Shown here one piece after another: positions 39,401 to 52,986 of a stretch of DNA of 64,000 nt. The first letter of the stretch is position 1, and each line of letters begins with the position of its first letter. Origin of the DNA: Oculina patagonica. Taxonomy: Eukaryota. A model generated the notes under the pieces. It did no database searches, was not told the origin of the DNA, and saw only the letters and a list, made by a program, of their open reading frames with translations. A program made the position numbers and the translations under genes. The stretch is from assembly GCF_052425735.1 (NCBI RefSeq), contig NC_135764.1, positions 5,022,001 to 5,086,000 on the forward strand. Direction: 5' to 3'.

Positions 39401-39755
39401 CTGGAAGGTGTCCTGGCAAATACATCACTCAGTTGCTTCTGTTTTCGGTGTATAAAAAGCAACAAACGTCCAAGATGGGAACTGCAGACTGAAGCATAAT
39501 TTTAGCTAATTTTGACCGCGCCGCACGAGTTATCAGAGTGATTTGTCACCTAAAAATTCTGCTCCAGATCTTCAATGGTAATTTTCTCTTGTGCTCTCTG
39601 GACCAAACAAATCCAGAAGTTAAATTTCAATTATAATGCTACCTTTTCCATGCTAAACTCCATAAAATTCGAACTGTTCAGAAACGAAAATCCCTTTGTT
39701 TTCATTCCAGAATCGTGACATTGCAGGCATGCGCAGTGCGTTTTTCAGCGGTGTC
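36435..39755. mobile_element. 3.3-kb non-autonomous DNA transposon inserted into the minisatellite
   Basis: Perfect 17-bp TIR GACACCGCTGAAAAACG...CGTTTTTCAGCGGTGTC, extending imperfectly; 8-bp TSD AATGTAAT (36427-36434 and 39756-39763); no intact long ORF. Confidence 0.85.
37103..37441. mobile_element. Tc1/mariner-pogo-like MITE nested in the 3.3-kb element
   Basis: TIR CCGTA(G/A)AATTCCGGTTATAAGCCC, TA TSD, internal GGGGCTTATA repeats. Confidence 0.8.
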
Positions 39756-41740
39756 AATGTAATACCTCCCCAACCCACCACAAAACATAATATGGGTTCT
39801 ACATCCAAAATGTAATACCTCCTAATCCCACCCCACCACAAAACATAATATGGGCTTTACATCCAAAATGTAATACCTCCCCCACCCACCACAAAACATA
39901 ATATGGGCTTTACATCCAAAATGTAATACCTCCCCAACCCACCACAAAACATAATATGGGCTTTACATCCAAAATGTAATACCTCCTAATCCCACCCCAC
40001 CACAAAACATAATATGGGCTTTACATCCAAAATGTAATACCTCCTAATCCCACCACAAAACATAATATGGGCTTTACATCCAAAATGTAATACCTCCCCC
40101 ACCCCACCACAAAACATAATATGGGCTTTACATCCAAAATGTAATACCTCCTAATCCCACTCCACCACAAAACATAATATGGGCTTTACATCCAAAATGT
40201 AATACCTCCCCCACCCCACCCCACCCCACCCCACCACAAAACATAATATGGGCTTTACATCCAAAATGTAATACCTCCCCACCCCACCCCACCCCACCAC
40301 AAAACATAATATGGGCTCTACATCCAAAATGTAATACCTCCCCCACCCCACCCCACCACAAAACATAATATGGGCTTTACATCCAAAATGTTATACCTCC
40401 CCACCCCACCCCACCCCACCACAAAACATAACATGGGCTCTACATCCAAAATGTAATACCTCCCCCACCCCACCCCACCACAAAACATAATATGGGCTTT
40501 ACATCCAAAATGTTATACCTCCCCACCCCACCCCACCCCACCACAAAACATAATATGGGCTCTACATCCAAAATGTAATACCTCCCCCACCCCACCCCAC
40601 CACAAAACATAATATGGGCTTTACATCCAAAATGTTATACCTCCCCACCCCACCCCACCCCACCACAAAACATAACATGGGCTCTACATCCAAAATGTAA
40701 TACCTCCCCCACCCCACCCCACCACAAAACATAATATGGGCTCTACATCCAAAATGTAATACCTCTCCCACCCCACTCCACCACAAAACATAATATGGGC
40801 TCTACATCCAAAATGTAATACCTCCCCCACCCCACCCCACCACAAAACATAATATGGGCCTTACATCCAAAATGTAATACCTCCTAATCCCACCCCACCA
40901 CAAAACATAATATGGGCTCTACATCCAAAATGTAATACCTCCCCACCCCACCCCACCACAAAACATAATATGGGCTCTACATCCAAAATGTAATACCTCC
41001 CCCACCCCACCCCACCCCCACCCCACCACAAAACATAATATGGGCCTTACATCCAAAATGTAATACCTCCCCCATTCCATCCCACCACAAAACATAATAT
41101 GGGCTTTACATCCAAAATGTAATACCTCCCCCACCCCACCCCACCACAAAACATGATATGGGCTCTAGGTCCAAAATGTAATACCTCCCCCACCCCACCC
41201 CACCACAAAACATGATATGGGCTCTAGGTCCAAAATGTAATACCTCCCCCCACCCCACCCCACCACAAAACATGATATGGGCTTTACGTCCAAAATGTAA
41301 TACCTCCCCCCACCCCACCCCACCACAAAACATGATATGGGCTTTACGTCCAAAATGTAATACCTCCCCCACCCCACCCCACCACAAAACATAATATGGG
41401 CTTTACATCCAAAATGTAATACCTCCTAATCCCACTCCACCACAAAACATAATATGGGCTTTACATCCAAAATTTAATATCTCCCCCACCCCACCCCCAC
41501 CCCACCCCACCACAAAACATAATATGGGCTTTACATCCAAAATGTAATACCTCCCCCCACCCTACCACAAAACATAATATGGGCTCTATGTCTAAAATGT
41601 AATATCTCCCCAACCCCACCCCACCACAAAACATAATATGGGCTCTATGTCTAAAATGTAATATCTCCCCAACCCCACCCCACCACAAAACATAATATGG
41701 GCTCTATGTCCAAAATGTAATACGTCTAATCCTACTCCAC
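39756..41740. repeat. Minisatellite, right arm, about 38-40 copies
   Basis: Same unit, with local variant blocks. Confidence 0.95.
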
Positions 41741-42159
41741 CAAAGAATGAAGACAAACAAACCAAAAATTATGGGCCACACTACAATGGAAACATTGTCA
41801 CCTCCATGTGCAGAATTTGTCAACATATCTACTGAAGATAATATTCCCACGGCTTTTGTTATGTTATGACAGGAACTTTTCACAGAAGCCCCAAGCCAGA
41901 GAAAAATGCCTAAATTTACATGTATCTGATTTCAAATATCACAACAATGTGGATAACCAAAAAAGAATGCACCAGTTGATGTTTATTCTAGATTCCAGTA
42001 CCTTAAGTTTACTTTAAAATAATCCATACCTGCAGTTCAAATTGTTATATCATCAATCTTATTTTCACTTTGTATATCACAGCTTGGCCATGGAACCAAA
42101 GATGAATGAATGTACATGTAATTTTCACAAGTGCCTGAAGAAATCAAAATGTAAAAAGG

Positions 42160-42410
42160 TAAATGTCAAGTCTGCATTGGGCCAATGTGATCCCTCATGC
42201 TGGAGCTTATATCTTGGGTTTCCATAGCATTTCCATAGCATGTTTATTCTGCTTGGATGGGCTGCTAGTTTAACTGCAGGGGTACCAGGAACATTGAATT
42301 CACCAGTACCCATTTATACACCTGGATGGAGAGAGGCATTGTGAGAGTAAAGTGTCTTGTTCAAGAACACAGCACAATGAATCTGGCCGGGAATCAATTC
42401 TGAACCCCTC
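42160..42410 (-). mobile_element. Degenerate SINE; the homologous copy in duplicate B is split (~59838 and 60735-60850)
   Basis: CCCATTTATACACCTGGATGGAGAGAGGC..GAGTAAAGTGTCTTG..AAGAACAC core. Confidence 0.7.
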
Positions 42411-44610
42411 AATTCCAATAATAGAGTCAAAAAGCAAATCCAGTAATAACCAAGTTTGAGCAAGCCTTAAAAATATATTGTTTGATTGTAACAACGTTTC
42501 AGATATTGAAAATGACTTTTCAGACTTTTCATAACCAGTCTCCTCTACTAACTATGTTCAGACAAAAAAACATTTTTCTTTTTTTAAAATTCAAAGGTCG
42601 CCCTCGAATCACAAAAAAAATTAATAAGCGCCACAGCGTTTAATCGAATAAATACGGTAGTTGTCACTGTGGGAATAAATCAATATCTACTGAATGCCAT
42701 AATTTTGGTTGTTTGACCACTGAAATTGGTTGACATTTTCACAGAAAGGTCCTATACATGTATAGCTAAGTTTGTATTTGTGACAATTTGCTTGAATCAG
42801 TATGGTTTGCTTTTTCTTGGCTATCTCTATTGTAACACATGTTAATAAATGATCAGCAGACACTGGCTTGTGATATTTGACGAAAACCATTGCATTTTTG
42901 TGTTGTGGTTTCAATTTAACTTTGGTTTAAAAATTTTCACACCGGTTTGATTTCCTTTTTCTTTTGGTTTAAAAAATTGTAAACCAAAGATAAATTTAAA
43001 CCACAACATATACAACTGAACACAGAGTTCATGTTTGTGTTCTTGATCCAATTACTTGAATTTTTTTTGTTTCTGAATGATTCTGTGAATGGTTTTAATT
43101 TTGATTCAATCACTTGTTGGTATTTGATTCCATGTGATGAATGCTTATCACAGCACCTCTTACATCCCCAAGAAGGTCAGGAGCCTTATAAACAAAGGTG
43201 ATTTGAAGTTTTGGATTGAGAGCTGCTCTAATCTTTTCACCTAGGATGACCAGAGCACCAATGGCAAGTATTTTTTTTGTGGGTGAATTAATTTAAATAG
43301 GGATTTTTTTGTGAAGACAAACTAAAGTGCCTTTCTTGGGGTGGCCTTGGCATATTTCTGCAAATGAAGTACAAAGGCTACAAACGAACATGTTTTGCTG
43401 TTGTTGGTGTTGCTTTACAATGCATATGTGGTATTTTAAAAACTGGTTACACAATAATCTGCAAAGTATCCCGTGGTGTATCCAGGCTTTATCGCTATTG
43501 GAATTCCCTTTTCTGTAGTGTATTTTTGATTTCGCTTGTGACTTGTGGATTTTAAATGTGACGTTCACTGGGGTAATTTGACAACGGATTTTTTGGGGGA
43601 GTTATTTATGGTCCAGGGATTTTTTTTGGGTATTGTCGGAAGACATAGGGATTTTTTTGGGTTCTGGTTTTTCCCTCCATTCGATCATCCCCGTCATTTA
43701 CAATCCAGAGTACCCCCCCCCCCCCCTGGGCAATTGACATCAGCATAAAGGGAGATTCAAACCTACTGCTACAGAGGTTGTCTTCTCTCGCTCACTTTGA
43801 ATTCTACAACAGCTTTTTCACAGAGTATTCTCTCTTTCCAGCAGAGAGAAATGTTTTCTATGTCCAAGACAAATATCAAATGTGAAAAACCTGCTGGTTG
43901 ATCTAGCCTAATTGCAGATTTGTACCTAAAGTTTACCAAAATAATTCCTACCTGCAGTTTGAATGACTACATCATGAATCACCACAAATTATTTAACTTT
44001 GAATTTCACAGCTCAGGACCAAAGATGTAATATTTACCACAAGTGAAAAATACCTGAAGAAAAAAAACAGTAATTAGAAATATATATTTTAATTTCATCT
44101 TGATAACTTATAAACATATCATATATTAATTCTTTTAGCTCTAAGAATGATTTCTATGCAAAATACAGAGTCAGACATACAGGCAAAAGGATGGGGGTGG
44201 GGAAGGTTCCATCAGGACGATCACAAAACTAACTCATTGTCCCCAGACTTAATATTAAAATCAAAGACCTGAGTGTATGAGAAGATGTAAGCTCAAGTCT
44301 GGTATAGAATGTGACTATATTTAACAGGAACAATTTTATAATGATTGCACGACTACCCTCTTGGAAACAATAAATATAGCTTTCCAATTCTAAAGTTGTT
44401 TTAATTTAAAACTTGCTTTTTTCAGCAAAGAGGACTTAATTTTTTTGTCCAAGGCGATCAAATGTGGAAAATCTGCAGCTGAACTTCATGGGCTTGATTC
44501 GTACCTAAAATTTATAATTCCTACCTGCAGTTTGAATTACTACGCCGTCAATTACATTTCCACGTTGAATTTCACAGCTCAGGACCTGAAACAGATGACA
44601 ATTATACACT

Positions 44611-44955
44611 CCCAGGGGGGGTACTCCGGGATCCAAGTGACAGGGATGTGCGAAGGATTTTTTTGGAGTCGAAATTTTCGATTCCGGGATTTTTTTGGGT
44701 AGGAGAATTTGGCAGGTATTTTATTGGGTGACTTGATTTAAATAGGGGATTTTTTTGGGTATTAAAATCAAACTAAAGTGCCTTGGCGCGGCCTTGGCAA
44801 TTAAGGGGCAATTTGACTAGGGATTTTTTGGGCGTTTTTTTTGGTCCAGGGATTTTTTTGGGTAATGTCGGGAGACTTAGGGATTTTTTTGGGTCCTGAG
44901 TTTTGCCCCCATTCGATCATCCCCGTCACTTTGATCCCAGAGTACCCCCCCTGGG
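44611..44955. mobile_element. hAT-like MITE; related degraded copy at ~43150-43730
   Basis: TIR CCCAGGGGGGGTACTC.GGGATC.AAGTGAC.GGGATG; near-8-bp TSD (T/A)ATACACT. Confidence 0.75.
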
Positions 44956-47559
44956 AATACACTGAAGGCAAAAAATGTTTTGCACAAAAAACCCGAAATC
45001 AATATTCGATCGAGCAAAGCGGAAGTGAATAACAGGAGCTGCCTGAATGGTCCTTCAAAAAATGCATGTCACGCAAAATTTTAGCCAAATTTCAAGGGTC
45101 TCGTCGTCTTGATTTTTTTCTTTGACGCCTTCTCGGAGACTCGATTTCTTTTGCAAGGCTAAAAGGCTCTCAAAAGGTCTCGGGCTCGCAGAAAATATAG
45201 CAGTCATGTCGTCTCGCAAAGTCTTCGACATCCCTCATTAATGATCCAGAAATCAGTGTTCAAACAAACAAATAGAAACCTTGTATTACAGTTAAAAAGT
45301 CCCAAAAAACGATTTACACTGTATCTTCCTGAACGTACCTTGTTGCTGAAACCAGATCTACAGAAATTTTCAACTCAGCAAACAGCAAAACAACACCTCA
45401 AGTTAGAATGCAAAGCTATTAGTATGTGAAAGTAAACCCGCACAGAGATCTGGGACCGACCCAGAATCCCCGGGGCCTGGAAAAAATCAGGAATGGCGCT
45501 GGAATTTGAACCTTTTGAAGTGTGGAATGATGTCCATGGGGTGATGCATGATAGTTTCGCGAATACAATGCAATGCATTTTATTTCAGTAGTGTCGCAGC
45601 TCTCGAAACTTCTTTTTTGACTGGTGTTTATAGTGTAGTAACTGTGTTTAGGAAAAAATACCATGCCAGATATATAATCTCGTACCCAGATGTCTACTTA
45701 CCACGGTAGTACACATCTAGTCAAGTGCGTTAAGTTCGTCAATCTGATTGGTTGATGAAAAGCTTCAGCATTTGCGCGCGGATGATGCAAACTTTGTTTC
45801 GCACGCGCGCACCGTACGTTAGCTAGTAAGAAAATATTTGGATTCAAAGGCTTTTCTAAACACGCGTTCGGGTTTGAACGTTAATAATGCGAACTAACTA
45901 CAGATACAGTTTGTAGTCCAAGCTTGTAAATACAAAATGTTTTAAAAAGACGATAATTCGTGGGTAAAAAGATGAGTAAAAAAAAATTGCAAATCTGACG
46001 CGTACAGCTATCCTGTACGCGTCAAACACAGCGCGCGCTTTTCCCCGCCGTTAATTAATATAAAGGCTGGTTTGAGTGTTTTAATTTAGGAGCAAAACCA
46101 AAGTGGCGGCCTCTTTTTCTTCCCAAATCTATCTCAAGATTGTGTTACTTGTGTTTCCTTCTATAGGAAAGACGTTCATGAGCTATTTACAGTGGCCAAG
46201 GGAGCTTTTTATCTACTCAATTGCCGAGCATTGTCGCGTCGTGTGTCAGATTTCTGACACATTTGACGAAACTGTGACGCGTAACTGACCGGCACACGTC
46301 ACAAATCACAGTGGTAGAGTAACAATACAGAGAGAAAGAATAGAGACAGTGCTATAAGTGGGCATAAAGTAACAAGCACTTACACCTCCAGTGAGGTCTG
46401 TATCAAAACAAGGTCAAACGTGCCGCAATTGTGTGGGGAAAAGTTCCTTATAGTGTCTGAAGGTTTGCATATCGAGAAAACGCTGCGGAATGCCCTTGGG
46501 GCTCTGTTGCGTGGTAGTGGTTGTGTAAATGATTTGAAAAAATCGGCAGATTAGTTTTTGGAAGCAACGCATATTACTCGGACATTACTAAAACATTGTA
46601 AGGCGAGGAAACTAGTGCAAGCGCACCTTAATTAACAGGAGGGGTTTACGAAAAGCTGGGGGCAAGATTACAAAAAAATGGCGACACGCAACGACAGTCT
46701 TGACAGAAACATGTGCAGAAACAGAAATAGTTCTGTTGGCATTGATACATTCGCACAGAGAACGAGACCTAAAGCATCTTAAAAAACGTACGTACCTCTT
46801 CTTTGCTTTAGACAACCACGTTAATTGCAGTCGCTGGGTTAGTTAGTGTCCAACATTTTCAGCATGTTATGAGTCATCCAGGAAACATCTATGCGGCTTT
46901 ATGTGCTCCTAATCGATCAAGCCCACGAACAGAAAAAAGCCAAAGTCAAGAACACTGGAGGGGTTGTGGAGCTAACGGAGAACCCATCCCGTCTAATAGC
47001 GCACTATCAAAGAATCTGATTGGGAAACGGCAATACAATTCAATCACCCGACCATTAAGAGGAAGTCTTTTGTCAGCAAATTAAATCAAAGCAAGCGGGC
47101 ATGACGTATGCCGGTATATCAGTAGCCAGCAACGTAAAGGCGACCTTAGCATATTTTTCGCCCATAAAAACCACGCTTTTCCACCTTTTATACGATTATG
47201 ACAATTTGGACGTCGAGTCTACTCAAAGTAACGCAAGATACCGGGAAAGTGAAGTGTTTGACGGTAACGTCCTGATTTACAATCCTAGCCAAACGTTACA
47301 CAATTGTTTTCAGAGTATTCAGAACAAATCTTTCTGCCATTTCTCAGGCGGGAATTGAAAACTGTCAATTGAGTGGAGGTAGTGTAGGATCGCAGTGTGC
47401 CAGACAGAGCGAGGAATGGCACAAAGGAGAAATATAGGCCTGGTGCTCAAGTAAAATTAAGTCCCCTATATGAAAGAACTGGAATGCCTTCTTCACGGTA
47501 CAAAAACCAAAGATGAGTAGTTAAACTTTATTTCTAAAGATGGGACTCATGTTGAATGA

Positions 47560-47860
47560 GAACAATCAAAAGAAAGGGAATGGCACAAAAAGTACTTCGG
47601 TAGTTGCAAAGGGTAGCGACAAATTGATGATGGACTTCATTTATAAACATGTATAAAGAAGCGGATATCAGAGAAATAGTTTGTTTGTTAAACGCACTTG
47701 AAAATGGGCAGAGCAAAATTGAAATTTGAACAGTGGACACGGATATTGGTCTTGATGTTGCTGCACTGGTTGACCAATGCATTAATATACAAGGGGTAGT
47801 CTCTGCGAGTAAACTGGCATATCGGTGACGCGGTTTGGAATTGGAACATATTTTCTGAGA
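47560..47860 (+). pseudogene. Decayed XPG/PIN-like domain of transposon origin (Academ-like)
   Basis: From 47649: MYKEADIREIVCLLNALENGQSKIEI*TVDTDIGL, resembling the HEEADTR...TVDTDV motif; in-frame stops. Confidence 0.4.
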
Positions 47861-50800
47861 AGTCAATTACAATTCTTTGGAAATTTAGGCATGGAGCAAT
47901 AAAAGTCAATTCCTGCTTTTAACGTCTTTTGTTAGGCTGCGATACAAATTTGTCCTTTTTGTGAAGCCTTTCCTTACTTAAAACAAAGCAAGTTCGTTAC
48001 AGTTAGCTGTTCTTCAGCACACTCAGAAACTAAAGATAGATTGACAGTAAACAGTAAATAGTAAACCGGATTACAATTACATTTTTTTTAAAAATCTATT
48101 TTTTAACAGGAAGTAATTTGTTTTTTATGATGCTTTGTTAACAAAATTCAAAGAGCTGCATACCAGGCTGGGGTTTTGGCCGTGAGTACAGAGACAGAAT
48201 AATAAATTATTCACTAAAAACCTGAAGGTGGAAGTGGAAAGAAAAGAGTTTGCAATTAAGTCAGCGCGTGGCAATTCCGGAGGAGGCAGGAATAGCGTTC
48301 AAACAGCCCCTTAAAATCAAGCTGTTCCTCAAAGTGTAGCTGGAGTGTGCGTTTTCCATCAATTTGATAAAAGTATCACAAAAAAGGTATCTTAACACTA
48401 TCCAGACCAGGGTGGCGGAAAGTGCCTGCGCCGACTTTGAACGTTTCTAACTTTTTCAACATTCAACCAAACACTGCCAAACTTTGCAACTTTATCTAAA
48501 ATATATTTGGCAATAATTTGAAATTACAGGTTGTTGTGTCAGAGACATGATGTTGCCATGGAAACGGCATTTTGAGAGATATGTTTTACCAAATTTGCAA
48601 TTTTTGTGTTTTTATAGATGAAAATTAATTTTAATGCAGTTATTTTCACCTTTTGGGCAATTTTTTGCACCATTTTATGGTTTTCAATACTTTTTAGTAA
48701 TTTTTGGCGGTTTTGTTACGTTTTGGAAAATTTTTCAAAACCAAGAGTGGCAGATCGAAGATAACAAATAAGGTGTCGATTTCTCGCGATCCATGTTCTT
48801 GGAGCATTGGATTTTCTTAAAGCTCATGCTTCAAAGACTACGTGTGCCAAATTTGGTTCTTTTGTCCGGCGTGTAACGATAATTTTGCTAACCCGCTAGA
48901 CTATTAAGGGTATTCACCTTTTTTCAAAATAGCGGCTGAAAACGGAGAAGACCCTGGGGACGAGGTTGTGCGCATACTCCGTAAAAGAGAATTATTCTCG
49001 GGTTTCTCGGGACTACCCGTAACTCCTCGCGGAAACGAGCAAAATAAAATACATTAACATAAAAATAATTAATTTAATTTATGAATTTTGTTTGGCGCGG
49101 CAAAAGCACGACATTTTCGGGCAGCCAATTTACATTCCCACACTTGAAAGATATATAAAAGTGTGTCAGGATAATGGGTTAAAACATTTCGTTGAAAGTT
49201 TTAAGCTAGCCCTAACGACTTAACATTTGAGTCAAAGCACTAGCTTCATCACATCTGTAACAGCTTTGTTTCAAGCCTTAGGCTGGATTCACCGTGCGCA
49301 AACAGTCGAGCTATGGAGAATCCTAACTTCTGGTCACCCTCGCCAATTTCTTTCTTACTTCAAAATGATTGTATCTGAATCAAACTGCGGGGTAACACAA
49401 AATTTGCGAGAAGATTCGAACATACATGAGAAATCAGTTAGACTTTTTAAACATAAAGTTATATTTCCATTTTTTTTCGCGCTGGGGGGGGGGGGGGGGG
49501 CTGTAGCCTATATTAGATTATAAAATTAAGGTTCATAAACTTTATTACCGTCAGATTATGCTCATCAAATTCGCCAAGACGATGAAATCACCTTTAAATT
49601 GGTAAAGTACACTTGACCACCAACGTAATACAATACTTTCTTTTTAAAATTATCGTTTTTTTATTAAAATTTAATCGACGCTTTAGACTAAACGATGACT
49701 ATTTTTCAAATATCACATGAAAAAATACTTTATCATGTCACAGGCTTACCGTTTTCTGTCTGTGTGGTTACAAGCTTTTAACATTTCAAAATTTCTCATA
49801 AATGTCTTATAATTCCCTCAAGGCATTATTTAGTGTTGTGCATATTTAACAAAGTTGGGTAAAAATACGTCTCAATTGTTTCCCATTGTTGCATGGTTTT
49901 GGTAACGATTTAAAGGCGTAAGACAAGGTGAAGTATTCTTGACCTTTGAAAACCCTGATGTTCACAATATCCGTAACTTTAATGGGAATATTATATCTTA
50001 TTAGAAGCCTGTGACCACACAAACATAAGGGTGGTGAACCTGTGGTCTGCTTGTCGCTGTAAAACCTCGGTGTACGGAAACGTTTCGTAACAAACGTCTG
50101 TTCTATAAAGCCTATATTAATTGCATTTATCAATTTCTTTATACAAATTGCCTAATTGCATTATGTTTTTTCTTTTGATATTATACAAGTTCAAACTTTT
50201 GAACAGAATTTCATCCATGTCATTAAAAGCAACTAGGGATGACCTTTCTTATTGCCACAATAGCGACAGAATAATTCTATGTACACATTACACTGGATTC
50301 TGAGTTTATTATTCTTTACTTAACAATACAACATAATTCGAATCAGAAAATAACTCGGCAATTCGGACATGCTAAAGTCAAGGTCATTTTAGCTGTTGAC
50401 AAATGTATTTGAACTTAGATTCAACCTTCTCTTTTGCAAACAAATTAAAATACTCGTCTTTTCAAGCATTACAAGGCTGTTTAATGAAGACGAATAGTTC
50501 TCGTTTCCAAACGAATTTTTAATCTTATACTACAAGGAAAATAAAATAATTATGAAATTGCCAGCACTCCAAAGGTTCCTCAATCAGCTTCTCAAGAAGA
50601 CATCTGGATGCAAAATTGTCACGAATATTCTCACATACTGAGAGCATCAACACTCTGTTGCCATTCTCTTATTTAAACATCAGCTTCTACATTTTTGCGC
50701 AGGTTTTTTTCGTCTCATTCTCGAATTTTTAAAATTTGCGCTTAACATTTAATGTAACCAAATCTTAACAATCTTTATTTCAACTTCGGAGTTCGAAATA

Positions 50801-51489
50801 TGTTTTTTTTACGCCACTACCGGCGAACATGGCGCAACTACTTTATATTTAGACTCAAATAAACTTAAACTTCTATTTAGCAAATAGAGAAATTCATTTC
50901 ATATTTACAAGAAAGCCCCTTTGTTATTCTCTGAAAAACGTGTCAAGAGCGGTAGAACAAAGAATCGCACGCGAAGAGGGACGGTCATTCTCTCTCACTA
51001 GCCCCGAGCGCACGCACGCTCGCTCCACGCGCGATTCTTCCGTCCCGCGCACCTTGCACGATCTTTTAAAAAGAAATGACGAGGCTGTCGACAGCCTAAC
51101 ATATGACATTTTTACTTAGTCTATTAACAGATCTATCTACAAAAAACCTACTTTTTTTAAGAAAACAAGGTTTTACCAGAAGTAATAATATACCTCTGAT
51201 TTTACAGTGGCACATCTACAATGTCTTTGACAGCTTGGCTGAATTGTACAAGACATTGGTAGCAGAAGAGTCCTGGAATAAGCAACCTAAGCCTTGTTAG
51301 CATTACAGTTCTTGTTATTATCTTTTAATATCCCAATGCCTTTTATTTTAAGCGAGAAAATAATCTTCGCCATTTTCCCGTGACGATATAGGATCGTGAT
51401 CGTAAAAATTAAACCCGCGAAAAGCGTAAACACGAACAGTTTCGGAAGAAGATTTAAATTGTGTGTTAGCAGATGCACAACATGGCAAT

Positions 51490-51925
51490 AATTAATAATA
51501 TAATAATTTATTAATTTATGTTGCACTTTTTAACATATAAAATGAGCAAAAGCGCATTACAATATTAAAACTTAAAAATATTAAAATATACTAACTATAT
51601 ACACATTATTGACAAGATCTAAGAGTTAAAAAAGTTAATTAAAAAAGATATGTTTTAAGACGAGATTTAAAAATAAAAATAGAACTAATATTACGCAGGC
51701 TAGCTGGAAGCGCATTCCAAAGTGTAGGCGCAATGACACTAAAAGATCTGTCAAATCTGTCAAGACTTTTTAATTTTCCTTTCTGGGTGCACTAAAAGCG
51801 TGCCTGAATTTATAGAGCTGCGCAGTGAATAACGTGCGTGCTTTCTAACCTTAATTAAGTTACTAATATAAGTTGGAGCCATGCCATTAAGAGCCTTAAG
51901 AGCCATTAAGAGCCTTAAAAGTTAA
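51490..51925 (-). mobile_element. L2-like LINE 3' fragment, absent from duplicate A
   Basis: Minus strand ALNGMAPTYISNLI..RYSLRS..FSVIAPTLWNALPASLR..FKSRLKTYLF; simple-repeat tail; possible GCAAT TSD. Confidence 0.75.
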
Positions 51926-52986
51926 GCAATCGTACGAAGGTTCATCCTGCTAGGGCATCAGGAATTTTTTGCAACTCTGGAATTGCGCTCCAACTTAATG
52001 AATGGTAATTGACACAATTTTCTAAACACTGCCTCTAAAGAACAAGTGGCTCTGCTTTAGCCTACAAAGTTCACACCCTTCCGGTCTCCCCTTCTCTCTG
52101 CTCCCATCCCGGTTATTTTTAGCTACTGTGTTCACTTTTCTTTTCTCTTCAAAATATTGAAGTAATTATTCCTGGATCAAATCAACTAAAATGGTTTTGT
52201 CCTACATGGCAATCATTCGTGTATTTTGCAGTATACTTTGATTTGTCGGCTTTTAGGCGTGCCACGGTACGAAATTAAATCCTAGCGAAATTAAAAGGCA
52301 TTAGGATATTTGATCAGATACGACTGCATTGTTCAGTCAGCGGATTCGTATGATATACCAACCAGCAGTCTACAAATTTCACTCTTGAAGCTTGATCCTG
52401 TCCCTTACAAAATGGAAATGTAAAATTAAAATATGAAACCAATTAGCTGTATTTACAACATGCCCGTTCAGTGTAGTTTGTACAATGGGGCGGCACAGAA
52501 AATAACAAACCAAAAAATAATTGATGTATGGCTCCTGATGTAACAGGCCATTATACACGTGTTTAGACAATAACCGAGCTATTGCGCGCGTTGTGATTGG
52601 TTGATGCCTGTCATCTATTAGAGTACAGACGCACAGATGACGTCACGGGGTGGTGTGACTCGCGCGCGTGATCAGAGTTCATAATCCAAATCAGTGCTTT
52701 CGGCAAAGTTTTTCAAAACTCACGCGGCCACAACCGAACAAAAAGTTCTGCTAATTTATAAATCTACAGTGACAAACAATCCGACAAGTGTTGTTTACCA
52801 TTCGAAAACATTTCACGATGCTAGTCAAGAGTATCACGAAACTGACCGCCCGGGGTTAGTTCTTGCAAATGTGATCAAAACCGGATACCAGGTGTAATGA
52901 GAAGTTCATGTACGTCGCTATGCGGATTATATCGGAACTTGACAATTTTGTGCGTTAGTTTGTTTTCTTTGTTTCTTAATAACAGC

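Larger units (their letters stand above)
28150..42420 (-). repeat. Segmental duplication, copy A (partner ~50860-60850)
   Basis: Colinear homology of 3' flank (aagcaacctaagccttgttag at ~28537 and ~51280), gene, upstream introns, minisatellite, post-minisatellite sequence (gaagacaaacaa..ttatgggccacac at ~41750 and ~59213) and a shared SINE. Boundaries are approximate. Confidence 0.8.

Noticed and set aside
35653-41688. Many overlapping ORFs (MFCGGVGEVLHFGC.., WGRYYILDV..)
   Set aside because: Translations of the minisatellite in several frames.
34920-41740. CRISPR-like look: a constant ~40-bp repeat with variable intervening sequence
   Set aside because: The 'spacers' are only (CCCCA)n length variants, there are no cas genes, and the context is eukaryotic; this is a minisatellite.
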